Assembly: GCA_025594325.1 (NCBI GenBank)
Contig: JANHCV010000006.1
Location: 868,001-932,000 of the forward strand
DNA from: Blastocladiella emersonii ATCC 22665
Lineage: Eukaryota; Fungi; Blastocladiomycota
Reading direction: 5' to 3'
DNA length: 64,000 nucleotides
Positions within the stretch are counted from its first letter, which is position 1, and every line of letters starts with the position of its first letter. Shown here piece by piece: positions 11,524 to 22,826 of the stretch. The notes beneath the pieces are model-generated. The model was not told the DNA's origin and searched no databases. It worked only from the letters and a program-made list of their open reading frames with translations. The position numbers and the translations under genes are program-made.

Positions 11524-13251
11524 CTACCCTCGCCTCGGTCGCATCCCAAACGTGGTCCGCAGCGCCTGGTTGAAGTGCCGGTCGAGCGTGAGCAGGATCA
11601 GCGGGTCGCACATCTCGCTCGCAAACTTGCTTACGACGAAGACTACACGCGCACGAATCGGTGTTGGTGGTCAGCACCACTCGCAAAACGCACAAGCGAG
11701 TCGCGTACACGTATCCACCGCAAGCGACGCCCGCCGGCCGTTGAGGAATCCCTCGAAGACTACACGAACGCGTCGGTTGTCAGCCACGCGGTCACGCACG
11801 CGCATACTCAACGACGACGTGATGTACGCACTGACGATGGTGAACGGGATCAGCGTGATGAGGAACCCGAGGAACGACAGGATCCCGCGCCGCAGGACGC
11901 GGAGCTCCGACTGCCGCTTCTGCTCCTCTTGCGTCGACCGCTTCTTTCGTCGCTGCGTCGGGAGCTTCACCGGCCGGACGAGCTGCGTCTGCGACTCGGG
12001 CTGCTGCGTCTCGCCGACTGGTGTCGGTGTCGGCGTCGGCGCAACGTTGCCCGGGAGCGGGAGCGCGCCCGCGCTGAACGCACGCTGCATAGGCGACGTG
12101 ATGGACAGCGTGACGTAAGTGTTGCCCGTGCCCGGATTGCTCGAGGTCGCCGAGAGGAACGGGTTAGAGGCCGCGCCCGGCCCTTGATCCTCGAGTGGGG
12201 TCGGCGATGGAAGCCTCCCTGAGCGGATCCTATATGGCGAATGAGGACGATGAGGCCACTCGAAACGAGGAAGCGAGGAGATGACGCGGGAAGCGCCTCG
12301 TACATGGCCAGGGACCCTGGAGGAAGCCGTGTAAGTGTGGATCCATGCATCACGCACGTCCGCAAGGGCGTACCGAGACTCTGCACCGAGAGGTTGTTGC
12401 GCTTCTCGATGCTCTCGTTGACGGCCGTCTCGAGCGACTGGATCGTGGCCGCGCCGAACTCGGGCGCGTTGCTCACCTTCTTCACGCTGCGGTACGAGTC
12501 GCGGATCTTGTACAGCACGCTCAGGTACCCGAACACGATGGCCACCATGTTCCCTGCAAGGAGCAGAAAGTCCAGAAGCCCGAGCCAGCTGTGGAAGGCT
12601 GTCGGGTAGCAAAATATTCTACGCGTGACAAACGGGTCAGCTTCCCGGTAATACACGATCCGTGCGATTGGTCGTACCCACTCTTGGTGATCACGCCGAT
12701 GCCGCCGTTGATCAGGTGCAACAGGCTATGGCCGACGGCGACCAACGCACACGCGCAGACCACGGTGTAAGCCTTGCGGCGCGAGACGTGGTACGACCTG
12801 ACCACGGACAGGTACCGCTCGCCGCTGATGCACACCATGACGAGCACCGACATGGTGACGAACACGACGTTGGTAGATGAAAACAGGGTACACATCTCCT
12901 TCGACCAGTGGTATTCGTGGACGAGCTTGACGCGCTCGGCCGCGATGGTCAGCCCGTAGAGTGCGTTGCTCAGGCTAGCGTGAGGAGAGCACGATTAGCG
13001 CGCGATGACTGGTCGCTCCAGTCTGGGAGTACAAACCATAGTCCGGCGAAGAGAATATTGGCGGCCGTGTCGAGGAGGTGCGGGTTCCTCGCCGCCAGTG
13101 CGACAACCAGCGTGTTCAGCGCGAAGACGAGGACGCTCTCGAAGATGACGACACCGTTGAACACCTTGGCTGTCTCGAGGTTGCTCAGCTCGAAGTTCCA
13201 TGGATCCCACTCCGACAGCTCCCAGCGAAGGAGCTCATCATGGTCGTTCAT
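11524..13251 (-). CDS. Rhodopsin-like (class A) GPCR, opsin-like candidate, copy 1
   Basis: Spliced product has 7 hydrophobic helices with N1.50 (ALNTLVV), LCLSN (2.50 as N), C3.25...GERY, ECL2 SGIFC, Y5.58 (VFGY), P6.50 (LIPF), TM7 VVSKFASEMCDPLI and helix 8 LDRHFNQAL; six introns. Confidence 0.8.
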
Positions 13252-13370
13252 TGCTATTTCGCCAAGTTGGGCGGTGCATTCGATCGCATCAAGGTTAAGT
13301 CTGGGAGCGCTGCGATCCCCAGGTGGTTCCCGAAAGCTTGGCTCGGCTGAGCGAACAACGCGTTTGAATA

Positions 13371-13420
13371 TCACGTGAGCGGTGCGAGACATGTCGTCGC
13401 GAGACATCGTTCGAGACACG
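13371..13420 (-). promoter_or_regulatory. Candidate GPCR1 promoter block: CACGTG E-box plus GTCTCGCACC and further GTCTCG repeats
   Basis: + strand tcacgtgagcggtgcgagac...gcgagac...cgagac, 120-170 bp upstream of the ATG at 13251; the same block lies upstream of the paralogue. Confidence 0.5.
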
Positions 13421-13589
13421 TCCCTAGGGACGCGCTCTTAGCTCGAACTCGTGCTGCGGACATTTGCACCCATGCGATTGCGATCAACCACCGTTTTCTT
13501 TTGAAGTGGGACACATGGAACGTGATCATTCTGGCGCCGATTCGCGGGGCGCGACTACAGGCGACCTGCTCCCATCCGTGTGACTGAGT

Positions 13590-14590
13590 CATCACGTGTA
13601 TCATGATCCTCGACATCGCGCCCACCTCGGCCACTGTTGAGCAGACGCTTTTGTGTCTCTACTACGCTAACCGCGTCAAGGAGCACTCGCACGGGACGGG
13701 CAACGGAGCGCCGGGGAGCGCCGACAAGCTCATTGCACAGCTCGCTGCGGCTGCGCCGTCTCCTGTGCAAGAAACGGCCGTTGCTGTCGGAGGCGAGCCC
13801 GTCTGGACCGAGTCGGCGAGTGAAAGCTCGGTCGAGGAGGACGAGGACCTGCCGGGCGCATCCGATGGCGATGAGGGCGACGGCGGCGAGTGCGCGGACG
13901 GACGAGGAGGACCCGGACTTGTCAGCCATGAGCCACCCGCAGATCGAGGGCGACGAGTTCGGGCACGAGTCCGAGGCGTCGATCCTCAACGCGTATGGTG
14001 ACGGTGACGGTGACGCTGCCGACGAGTCGGTCATGCAGCAGTCACAACAGCCGCAAAAAGACGAGGGCGAGTCGACGCCGCTTCCGATGCGCTCACAGCG
14101 GTACGCGTCGGCAGCGTCGAGCGAGTCGATGGTGATCAGCACGGTGGGTTCGGCCGAAACCGTGACGCCGCAGTCGTCCATGAGCACGCTGCGCCGCCTC
14201 GCCACGTCCGTGACCGCGGCCGCCGTCAAGTCGCTCCTCCCGTAGCCCATGGCGGCGCCGCCAGCCCAGACCGCCGCAAACTTCACGGACCAGGGCCTCA
14301 TGGAGCTGCACGTGCGCACGCTGCGCGCGGTGCTCGACCCGTCGAGAGAGTAGGAGGCGCTGGTCGACGACGCGGCGCGCGGCAAGGTGGCGGGCCCCGT
14401 GTACACCGAGGCGCTCGGGGTGCTCGTCGACGACAAGCTGCGGCGGCTGCTCAAGCTCAAGCTCAAGGCCATGGTCCAGGTCGTCCGCCAGCACCACACG
14501 CACAGCGACGTGCTCGACAGCCCGCCGCCGCCCGGCGGGACCGCGCGTGATCGGGTCCGCGCCATGCGGCGTGGGGCGGCGCCGTCATGA
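13590..14590 (+). pseudogene. Kinesin-13-like 3' gene fragment, pseudogenised
   Basis: TCIMILDIAPTSATVEQTLLCLYYANRVKE resembles the end of a kinesin-13 motor; the rest of the motor is absent (in-frame TGA just upstream); 4-bp GGAC duplication at ~13896-13903 shifts frame; in-frame TAGs at 14243 and 14348 precede a helical tail ELHVRTLRAV...DDKLRRLLKLK. Confidence 0.65.
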
Positions 14591-14792
14591 GATTGGTGGT
14601 GGCACAGACTGATCATTCATTCGATTCATGATGTGTGGGCGTGATGGTGTGAGGGAAAGAGTGCGAGCGAGCAGCGAGCCGGGTCAGGTGGGCGGCCTTG
14701 GCTGGGCTCTGGGGACTTGGAACACCACAACCACTTGCTCGCCGGCCTCCACGCCTCTCCCAGCCCACACTCGCCGATGTAACGAATGAATC

Positions 14793-16631
14793 ATGGACTT
14801 GATGCAACGCAAGCTTGATGTGGACGAGATTATCGAGGCGATTCTCGTCCGCGCCGTCCTGCTGCACGGCAACCGCGACGAGGACGTCGCTGGCGTGCTC
14901 CCGTACTTGCGCGTCCTGCCGCGATCCCGCGCTCCAAACGTTTCGCGCACGGTTCTGCGCCGCTTTCCGAGTCTCTCACTCGAAGCTGCCACGTGCGACG
15001 GGAATGTCAAGCTGTTGCGCCTGTGGCACGAGTTAAACTGGTTGACGCTCTCCATCGATGGCGAATGGGTTCGGGGGGCCATGCTCGAGGGGCACGAGGA
15101 CGTGCTTGCGTTCTGGCGCGAAAATGTTGCGTTCGTTGCCAAGTCGCACCTTGTGGACTTTTATTTCCGCGTCACACTCGATCTCCACGAGCCCGCACCA
15201 GCACCTGGCGTAGGACCAGGTGACGCAACACTCGCGCGAATGTCCAACGACATTGCTACAGGCCGGTGCCACGAAGTCAAAGTCAAGAACCGTCGCGTAA
15301 CTGCCGCTGGCCTTGACGAGCTCTCACGCGCGTTCGCCTCGCCAGCTCAGCGCGTCGAGTCGGTCTCTCTCGTTTGCTGTGATATTATTACTGCCAACTT
15401 GCTCCATCTGCGGCTTCCTGCCTCCGTCACGACGCTCAACTTGGCTCACAACCGGATCCTCGACCTTGCTCAGCCCTTGCCATGCATGCACGCTTCTCTG
15501 ACCGAGCTGTCGCTGGCTCGCTGCAACATGAACACCCTTGCCCTCACCAATTTGGCGCAGATGCTTCCCCACTCGCTTACCAGTCTCGATATCAGTGGCA
15601 ACGAGGTGAATCACGCTTCGGCCGAGGCGCTGAGCGCCGCTTTCCCGCCACAGCTTCGGCGCCTGTCAATGGCACGTTGCGCCTCCAACGGCGCGCTGCA
15701 GCCCGTCCTCGAACGTCTGCCCACCACGCTGGTCGACCTCAATTTATCGTTCAATACCCTGAACGATGTCAACGTGCGAACATTTGTGCACCGCTTGTCT
15801 TTGCTCAACGACCTCACCCGTCTTGTCTTCGAGTGCTGCTTCATGTCAGCGGACTTGCGAGCGACGGTGATCACAGCGCTTCCGGACTCGGTCGAGGTCC
15901 TGAAGATGTCCGCAGCCAGGGCAAGTCGAGCGGTCGTGGCAGCACTCGTGGATCGCCGACTACCGCACCTCAAGGTTTTGGGTGTAACGGAACTTCGCAG
16001 CAACGATGAGGCAGCATTGATAAATGCGCTCCCAGCTTCGCTTCTTGATCTCCATGTGAATACTGCGTCGCGTGATCTCTCCCAACTTCCAGCTGCGCTC
16101 GGTCAGCTGTTTGCGCGCGCTTCAGGGCTTCGTTCCCTCCGGCTCTTTAGTCGCTCCATGGCAAACCTCAATCTGCTCGAGTTTGTCGACACGCTTCCGC
16201 CCAGCATTGCGCGCTTCGCGCTTGACCACTGCCAGCTTGGACTCGATGTGATCCCGCGGCTACTCGCCCGCCTCCACGCGCCGACCGTGACGCACCTCAA
16301 GCTCCCGTTACTCAGTCTCACTGGACACGCTCTTGACGCGCTCCTCGTATGGCTGCGCGACGCCTCGTCGCTGGTCGAGCTAGGTGTCCAGCGAACCGGG
16401 CTCGTCAACGAGACCTTTGCGCTCCTCGTGGCCGCACTTCCCGACTCGCTCCAGACATTCGAGTTCTCTTTCAATGCGTTGGATGACACGATCATTGACA
16501 TGATCGAGGCCCGCGCGCTGCCCAACCTGTCCTCCATGCTGTACCACCGCACGGCTCTGTCATCCGAGGGGCTCAAGCGAATGCGGATCATGGAATTTGG
16601 GTATTGGAACAGCAATGGTGAATATACGTAA
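14793..16631 (+). CDS. Intronless protein with two ankyrin-like repeats and about 15 RNI-like leucine-rich repeats (612 aa)
   Basis: AATCDGNVKLLRLW and GAMLEGHEDVLAFW repeats; LPxSLTxLDLSxN-type repeats of ~28 aa; visibly lower GC and more T-ending codons than neighbouring genes. Confidence 0.8.
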   Translation: MDLMQRKLDVDEIIEAILVRAVLLHGNRDEDVAGVLPYLRVLPRSRAPNVSRTVLRRFPSLSLEAATCDGNVKLLRLWHELNWLTLSIDGEWVRGAMLEGHEDVLAFWRENVAFVAKSHLVDFYFRVTLDLHEPAPAPGVGPGDATLARMSNDIATGRCHEVKVKNRRVTAAGLDELSRAFASPAQRVESVSLVCCDIITANLLHLRLPASVTTLNLAHNRILDLAQPLPCMHASLTELSLARCNMNTLALTNLAQMLPHSLTSLDISGNEVNHASAEALSAAFPPQLRRLSMARCASNGALQPVLERLPTTLVDLNLSFNTLNDVNVRTFVHRLSLLNDLTRLVFECCFMSADLRATVITALPDSVEVLKMSAARASRAVVAALVDRRLPHLKVLGVTELRSNDEAALINALPASLLDLHVNTASRDLSQLPAALGQLFARASGLRSLRLFSRSMANLNLLEFVDTLPPSIARFALDHCQLGLDVIPRLLARLHAPTVTHLKLPLLSLTGHALDALLVWLRDASSLVELGVQRTGLVNETFALLVAALPDSLQTFEFSFNALDDTIIDMIEARALPNLSSMLYHRTALSSEGLKRMRIMEFGYWNSNGEYT

Positions 16632-16726
16632 CCACGAGCTTTTCAAGCTAAACCAGTATCACAGTGTTGAGGCAGCTTCTAGTTCACAATCATGTACTGT
16701 ATCATCAAAATTGATCGAGAAGGTGA

Positions 16727-18444
16727 TCACGGCTGCTTGAGCCCCACGGCTCGCCTCAACGCGCGGTTGAAGTGTCGGTCGAGCGTGAGCAGGATGATCG
16801 CGTCGCACATCTCGGAGAGAAGCTTGATCACGACCGAGACTACGCGGTCGGCGGCGGAACCGTCGTCAGTGGCCGCAGCGTCGGTGGCCGCGCTTAGCTC
16901 ACGGGAGAAGTAAACTGACGCACATGTGTCCAGCTCGAGCGAGATGCGCTTGCCGTAGAAGAACCCATCGATGACTACGGACGGAGACGGTCAGTCACAC
17001 GCGGTCGCTCGTCGGAACCTGCCGCCTGCGTACTCATCGCGCCGAACGGCACCAACGTGAACCACGACGCGAGGAACGAGAGCATGCCGCGGCGCAGCAC
17101 GCGGATCTCGGTCCTCCGCTTCTGCTCGGCCTGGACCGATCGCACCTTGCGGATCGGCCGCTTTTTCAGGCCCGACGACGCTTGAGGATCGGGAAACTGT
17201 GGCAGGAGGTCCGTGGTCGGGCTCATCGGGCTCATCGGGCTCATCGGCAGCGCGCTCATGCTCGGTGTCGTCGGGCTGTTGGAGAGGAGGCTCGCGCTGG
17301 ACGCGCGGGGCAGGAGAATGGAGGGAGCCGCGAGGGTAGGGTTGCTGCCGTGCGCGGACGCGGTGCCCGTCGTAGCAGAAGTCTCGTGGTCAGTCGTGGT
17401 CGGCGAGACTGAGACTCGACCGAGTCGGACCCTAGACACGGTCGTTCCGTTAGTCGCCGCATGAGGGTTACGCGGAAGGAGAGCGAGATAGCAACGATGC
17501 GAGAATGCCTACACGCCGATGGCAGGGTTAGTTCGGGGGCTGCGAGTAGAATCAGCGACAGAGGCGTACCGTGGCCGGTGTTGGGCGAGCTCCGCTTCTC
17601 GGCGCTCTCGTTGGCGGCGGTTTCGAGCGACTGCATCGTCGCGGCGCCGAACTGCGGCACATTGGTGATCCGCTTGACGCTCTTGTACGACTCCTGGATC
17701 TTGGCGAGGACGCTGAGGTAGCCAAACGCGATGGCCGATGTGTTCCCGAGCAGCAGGATCAAGTCGACGAGGCCGACGATAGAGTAGACCTGCGATGGAT
17801 AGCAGAAAATGCTACACACGCGGGTGTGAACTAGTGCTCGTACTGACGCGGTATCACGGAACCGTACCCGCTCCGACTGATCATCCCGACCCCGCCGCCG
17901 ATCGTGTGGATCAAACTGTGCCCGACACCCATGACGGCGCTCGAGACGACCATGGCGTACGACTTTTGGCGCGAGATGTATATTCCGCGGACCACGGTCA
18001 GGTACCGCTCGGCGCTGATGAACAAGATCAGCACAATCGAGGTCACGACAAAGGCGACGTTGGTCATGGCGAACAGGGTGCACATGGTCCGCGTCCACAG
18101 GTACTCGAAAATGAGCTTGATGCGTTCCGCTGCGATGGCGGCGCCGTAGAGCGCATTGTTGAGGCTACCCGCCGCGCTAGGTGGTCAGCTCGAGGAAGAC
18201 GAGCAACAGAGAGCTATACAGCCACGAACCAGAGTGCAACAAAGAGAATGTTGGCCGCCGTGTCGCGCAGGTGCGGGTCGCGGGCCGCGAGCGCGACGAC
18301 CGTTCCGTTGAGCAGCAGCACGACCAGGCTCTCGGCGATGATGATGCCATTGTAGACCTTGGCGGTCGCGAGATTCTCGGTCTGCCAGTTCCATGGGTCC
18401 CAGTCGAGCACCTCCCATTGCCGGAGCTCGCCTCCGTAGTTCAT
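16727..18444 (-). CDS. Rhodopsin-like (class A) GPCR, opsin-like candidate, copy 2
   Basis: Paralogue of 11524-13251 with the same intron positions: WDPWN N-terminus, LLNGTVV, LCLNN, MCTLF...SAERY, SGIFCYP, AFGY, LVPF, TM7 VVIKLLSEMCDAII, LDRHFNRAL. Confidence 0.8.
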
Positions 18445-18582
18445 GGTCGTGGCGAGTTCCCGTGTTGCATTCGTTTGCGCGTGGTCATTAGGAGGCGTTC
18501 CCAGCCAGAGTCGAGTAGATCGGGAGCAGCAGCCTGCGATTTCGAGGGCATCGCACGCGTCAAAATTGGCCGTGGCCGCCCA

Positions 18583-18620
18583 TCACGTGCAAGGTGTGAG
18601 ACGTGCGAGACGCGTCGGAC
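18583..18620 (-). promoter_or_regulatory. Candidate GPCR2 promoter block: CACGTG plus GTCTCACACC and GTCTCGCAC
   Basis: + strand tcacgtgcaaggtgtgagacgtgcgagac, ~140-175 bp upstream of the ATG at 18444. Confidence 0.5.
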
Positions 18621-18712
18621 AATCATGTGTTTCATATCGCGCTCAGCTCCTCCGAGCCGATTGACTATGCACAAATTTTCATATAAAAATCACACTGCCA
18701 CCCACACCTGCG

Positions 18713-21700
18713 CTATTCACACACCGACTCGACCTCGACCCCTCTCCGCGCCGCCACGGACGGCGCCGCCGCACTCAGCATCCCCGCCCCCGCGATCGCC
18801 TTGAACTGCGCGACGGGCACGGTGCCCTGGAAGTCCTCGACGACGAGCTCAGACACGTCGCCGATAACGACGGCCCCGGTACCCGCCACGTCCTCGTCGT
18901 CGTCGTCGTGATCCGCCGCCTCCTCGGCGAGCACGGGCAGCATCATCGAGTGGTCGCCGACCGCGTCGACGCCCGCGGACCCGAACAGCATGCCGGCGCC
19001 GCCCCACAGGGACTCGTCGCCGATCACGACCATGCTGGCGTCGGCCGCGTGGCCGTGTACTGGCGCGGGCGCAGGAGCGGCAGCGGGTGGTGCAGGCGGC
19101 TCGGGCGCGGCGACAGGTTCTGGCTCGTCAGCGTCAACGTCGACGTCGCCGAGCTTGAGGATCCGGTCCTCGTCGTCGGCGAGCACGATCTGGTCGAGCA
19201 TCGTGTTGTTCCCGTCGTCGAACTCAAAGTAGTCGAACATGGCCGAGTCGTCGGCGATGCCCGCCCCGGGACTGTGCACGGGCGGCGCGAGGAACGCGGA
19301 CTCGGCCGTGATGGGGACGGACAGCTTGGCGGAGGAGGAGGAGGTCGGCGGCGCCGAGTCGGCCGCGGCAGCGGGCGCCGCGGTCCCGAGGATCCGCGCG
19401 GCGGCCGTCGTGGTCACGGCGCGGATCTCCTCGCGGTGCGCAGCCGCCTCGACGGGGTCGAGCGGCGCGTTGATGGCGGCGTCGACAGCTGAGTTGGGGA
19501 GGGTTTTCGCGGCGGCGGTTGGTGGTTTTGGCAGCTCGGCGGCATCGACAGTGGACGCAGAGGGCGCTGTCTGCGCGGCCATGGACGACGCCATAGCGCG
19601 GCGGCGGAGACTGCCGTTCGCACCACTATTCGCGCCGGCGGATACCGCAGCCAGCCGCACCGAGAGCGCGCCGGCGGACGCGGCGTTGAACGACCGGCGC
19701 TTCGCCGCGACGGCATCCTCGCCCGCCGCGGTCGCCGCCGCCGTGGTGGGATCCGCGAGGAACCCGATGGTGCGGACCTCGGGCGACTCGGGGACGAGCT
19801 CGAGCTCCGTGAGGTGAAGCGACTCGGTGGCCCATGCGGCGCGGTCGAGGCCGACCATGGACGTCATGCCCTCCTCGTGCGGCGGCTCCGCTTCGGGTTC
19901 AGGTGCAACTTCTTCCGGGTCGCCGTAGTACCCGCCCGTGGCGATCGGCGGGCCCATGACGTCGTCGTCGTTGGCGTCAAAGTCGCTGCTCGCGTCGGAC
20001 GCCGCGTCGTCGCAGTCGTCGATGGTAGCGGGCGTCTCCTCAAACGCGGGGACGGGCGGGAACTCGATAGCGACGACGGGTGCAGGCGCGGGTGCGACGC
20101 TGGCGGGCCGCGATGGCGGCTGTTTGCGCGACGGCGTGTTCTCGTCGGGCATATCGTCGAGGAACCCGAAATCGGCCGTGTGCCCTTGCCCGTGGTGGTG
20201 CAGGGCGCCGGCGGGTGGGGTGATGGGGACGGGCGGTGGCGGCGCGTCAATGACCGCGGTACGCGCGGGAGCGTCGGCGAGAGTGGGGACCGCCGAGGGT
20301 GCGCGTGGATGGGGGAGCGGGGACGGCGAGAAGGTGCCGCCGCCGCTGGCGGTGGAGACGCGGCGCAGATCGAGTGCGGCGGGCGCGATGGCGGGCGAGA
20401 GCGGGGTGCCCGAGAAGGACCGGTTGTTCCGCGACGTCGAGTGCGACGACATGGACGCGACCGAGACGGTGGGCGAGGCTGGGAGCGGCGGGAGCGAGGC
20501 GGCCGAGGGCGGCGGGTCGCGCGCGTCGAGCTCGAGTTGCAGCTCGAGCAGGCGTTTTGTGAGGAGCACGTTCTACACAAATGGACGGGGTTAGCGTCGA
20601 GCGGTGGTTGCGGCGGGGATGCGGGAACGGACCTGGTTGATAAGGTTCAGGTGGTCCTTAGCGATGCCCGTCTCGTACTGGAGCACCTTGAGCTGCAGCT
20701 CGAGGTTCTGGTTGCGCAGCGCTTCCACATCCTACACATTCGGCCACGCAAGTCAGTCACTCATTCCCGCAACGAGCACAATCGTGAGCCGTACCACAGG
20801 CTGCTGCATAACCTGCGCAGCAATCCGTGCGGCCGTCGAGAGGTAGCTATTGAGCGCCTCCTTGGCCATCGCCATGGACGGCGTGATGGTGTGCCCGGAC
20901 GCAGGCGACGCGAGCGAGACTGAGGGCGCGCGGGACGTGCGGTTGGACCCGAACGACGACGACGAGGTCGAGTTTCGGAGGACCGGCGTGGTCCCGTTCA
21001 CGGACGCCGTGGACGACGCCGTCGAGAGCCGGCGCATGCGGGACGCCGCCGGCGTCGGGCTATCCGGCGTCAACGCAGCCGGCGCCGGTGCGGGCGACGA
21101 CGGCTGTTGTGGAGGCGGCGGGGTCGGCGCGCCGTCAGTCCACGCCTGCGCGGGCGAGCGCTGCGTCGGGACGGGCGCGGCGCCGCGGTACCGCTGCATG
21201 TCGGGCGTGGTCGCCACGGGCGACGGGGTGGGCGCGGGGCGCGACGCTTCGCCGACGGTGGCACGGCGCGCGGGCGGCGTCACGCGCGGCGGGGCTGCTG
21301 CGCGTTCGGAACCTGAGGTCGAGGAGACGGAGCTGTGGCGCGAAGCGCGCATGCCGAGCTGCGACGACGACGCGAGGGTCGCGGTGCCGTTCGTGGCCGC
21401 GGTCGTCGGGTGCGGCAGCGTCGAACCGCGACGCAGAGCGCCAGCACGCGCGGCGAGGAGCGACGACGACGCCGCACTCGTACTCCCATTTGGCGCAGGC
21501 ACGGCCGAGACGGGCGCGGGCGACGCGGAGAAGGCCATGCGGAGGTTCGGGACCGAGGCCGAGTTGGCGAGCGTCGACGCGGTGGTCGACGACCGGTAGC
21601 CCGAGACGGCGGGCGGCGCGTGCGCATGGGCGTGCGCGTTGACCGAGCCGCGCGCGCTCGACAGGTGGTTTCCGTCCTCAGACGCGGGCGCCGGCGGGTG

Positions 21701-22555
21701 CGAGTGCGAGTGGTGCTGGCGCGCGGAGCCATAGCGCGGCTGGTCCGAGGCGGTGCTCATGACGGACCCGCGGCGCGAGGCGGGGGGTACGCTGGCGCCG
21801 GGGCCGCGGAGCAGCGAGGACGTGGACGCGGCCATGGACGAGGGGCCGGCGAGGCGCGAGGGTGGCGGGATACCAGCGGCTGATGGCGGGTGGATGGCCG
21901 AGGGCGGGCGGATCGATGGGCCGACGCCGTTGCCGACAGGGCGCATCCCCGGTTGAGTCGCCTGCGGGTGCGCGAGGCCAGTAGCCGACGACGACGATGA
22001 GTGGGGCGGGGCAATCATGGAGCGCGCCATGCGGTTGCTGCCCACGGGGTGCGCGGCCGGCCCACTGCCGTTGGCAGCGATGCCCGAGAGGGAAGGTCGG
22101 GCGAGCGACCCGCCACTGCCGCTGCCGGTCCCGCTACTGCTGGCGGCGCTTCCCACGCTGCTGCTGCCGGAGCGGCGCGAGGGCAGCGAGGGCGCGGCCG
22201 AGGGCGCGACGGACGGCGTGGCGGCGTAGGGCGGGATCTCGATGAGCGGGCCGAGACTGAGGTCCGGGTCCGTGGTGTTGATGGCGCTCGCGTTGCGGCC
22301 GGCCGCCGTGGTGCCCGTGGCCGTCGAGTCGGCGGTCGTGGTGCTCGCCGCATCGTCAAAGGCAGCGCCGGTTTCCGCAGGCCGGTGGTGCGGGTACGGG
22401 TATGCGGGCTGGGTGCTCGGCACACGCCGCACGGGCGCAGCAGCCGGTCCCGCGGCCGTGAAGGGCGAGGCGGACCGCGGCAGGCGCGCCGGCGACGGGT
22501 TCTTGAGCGGGCCGCGCGGCGGCAGGCCCGAGGGTGCATCGTTTCGGCTTAGCAT
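18713..22555 (-). CDS. Large low-complexity Ser/Pro/Ala-rich protein with a short central coiled coil and acidic C-terminus, function unknown
   Basis: Two long open frames (20.8-22.55 kb and 18.7-20.57 kb) joined through a small exon DVEALRNQNLELQLKVLQYETGIAKDHLNLINQ; genome-typical codon usage. Confidence 0.7.
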
Positions 22556-22826
22556 CGTGGCGGATATAGTTGTTCCAGAGGGTGGGTGAGGAGAGCGGTG
22601 CAGCGCGATGGAGCGGGTCCCACGGGCGGCTGCGACAACGGCAACGGCGGCAACAGGGGCCGGTCCGGGTGCGGGTGCATCGGCTGGCCGCGTTGCAGCG
22701 GGCCGTGAGCGTGCGTGTGCGTGGGAAGGGCGATGCTGTCCGAGAGCAAAGGTGGGCGGAGAGCGAGAGGTCGAAGTCAACTCTTTCTTCTTCCGCTCCA
22801 AGGGCTCACTCAGCGTGGCATCACCC

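Noticed and set aside
14243-14350. In-frame TAGs in the kinesin fragment as evidence of stop-codon reassignment or readthrough
   Set aside because: TAG terminates many intact genes here (GPCR1, SFC1, UBP14, SDS22), and the fragment also has a frameshift and lacks most of the motor.
17215-17248. (GGGCTCATC)x3 direct repeat
   Set aside because: Encodes MSPMSPMSP in the GPCR2 third intracellular loop; ordinary low-complexity coding repeat.
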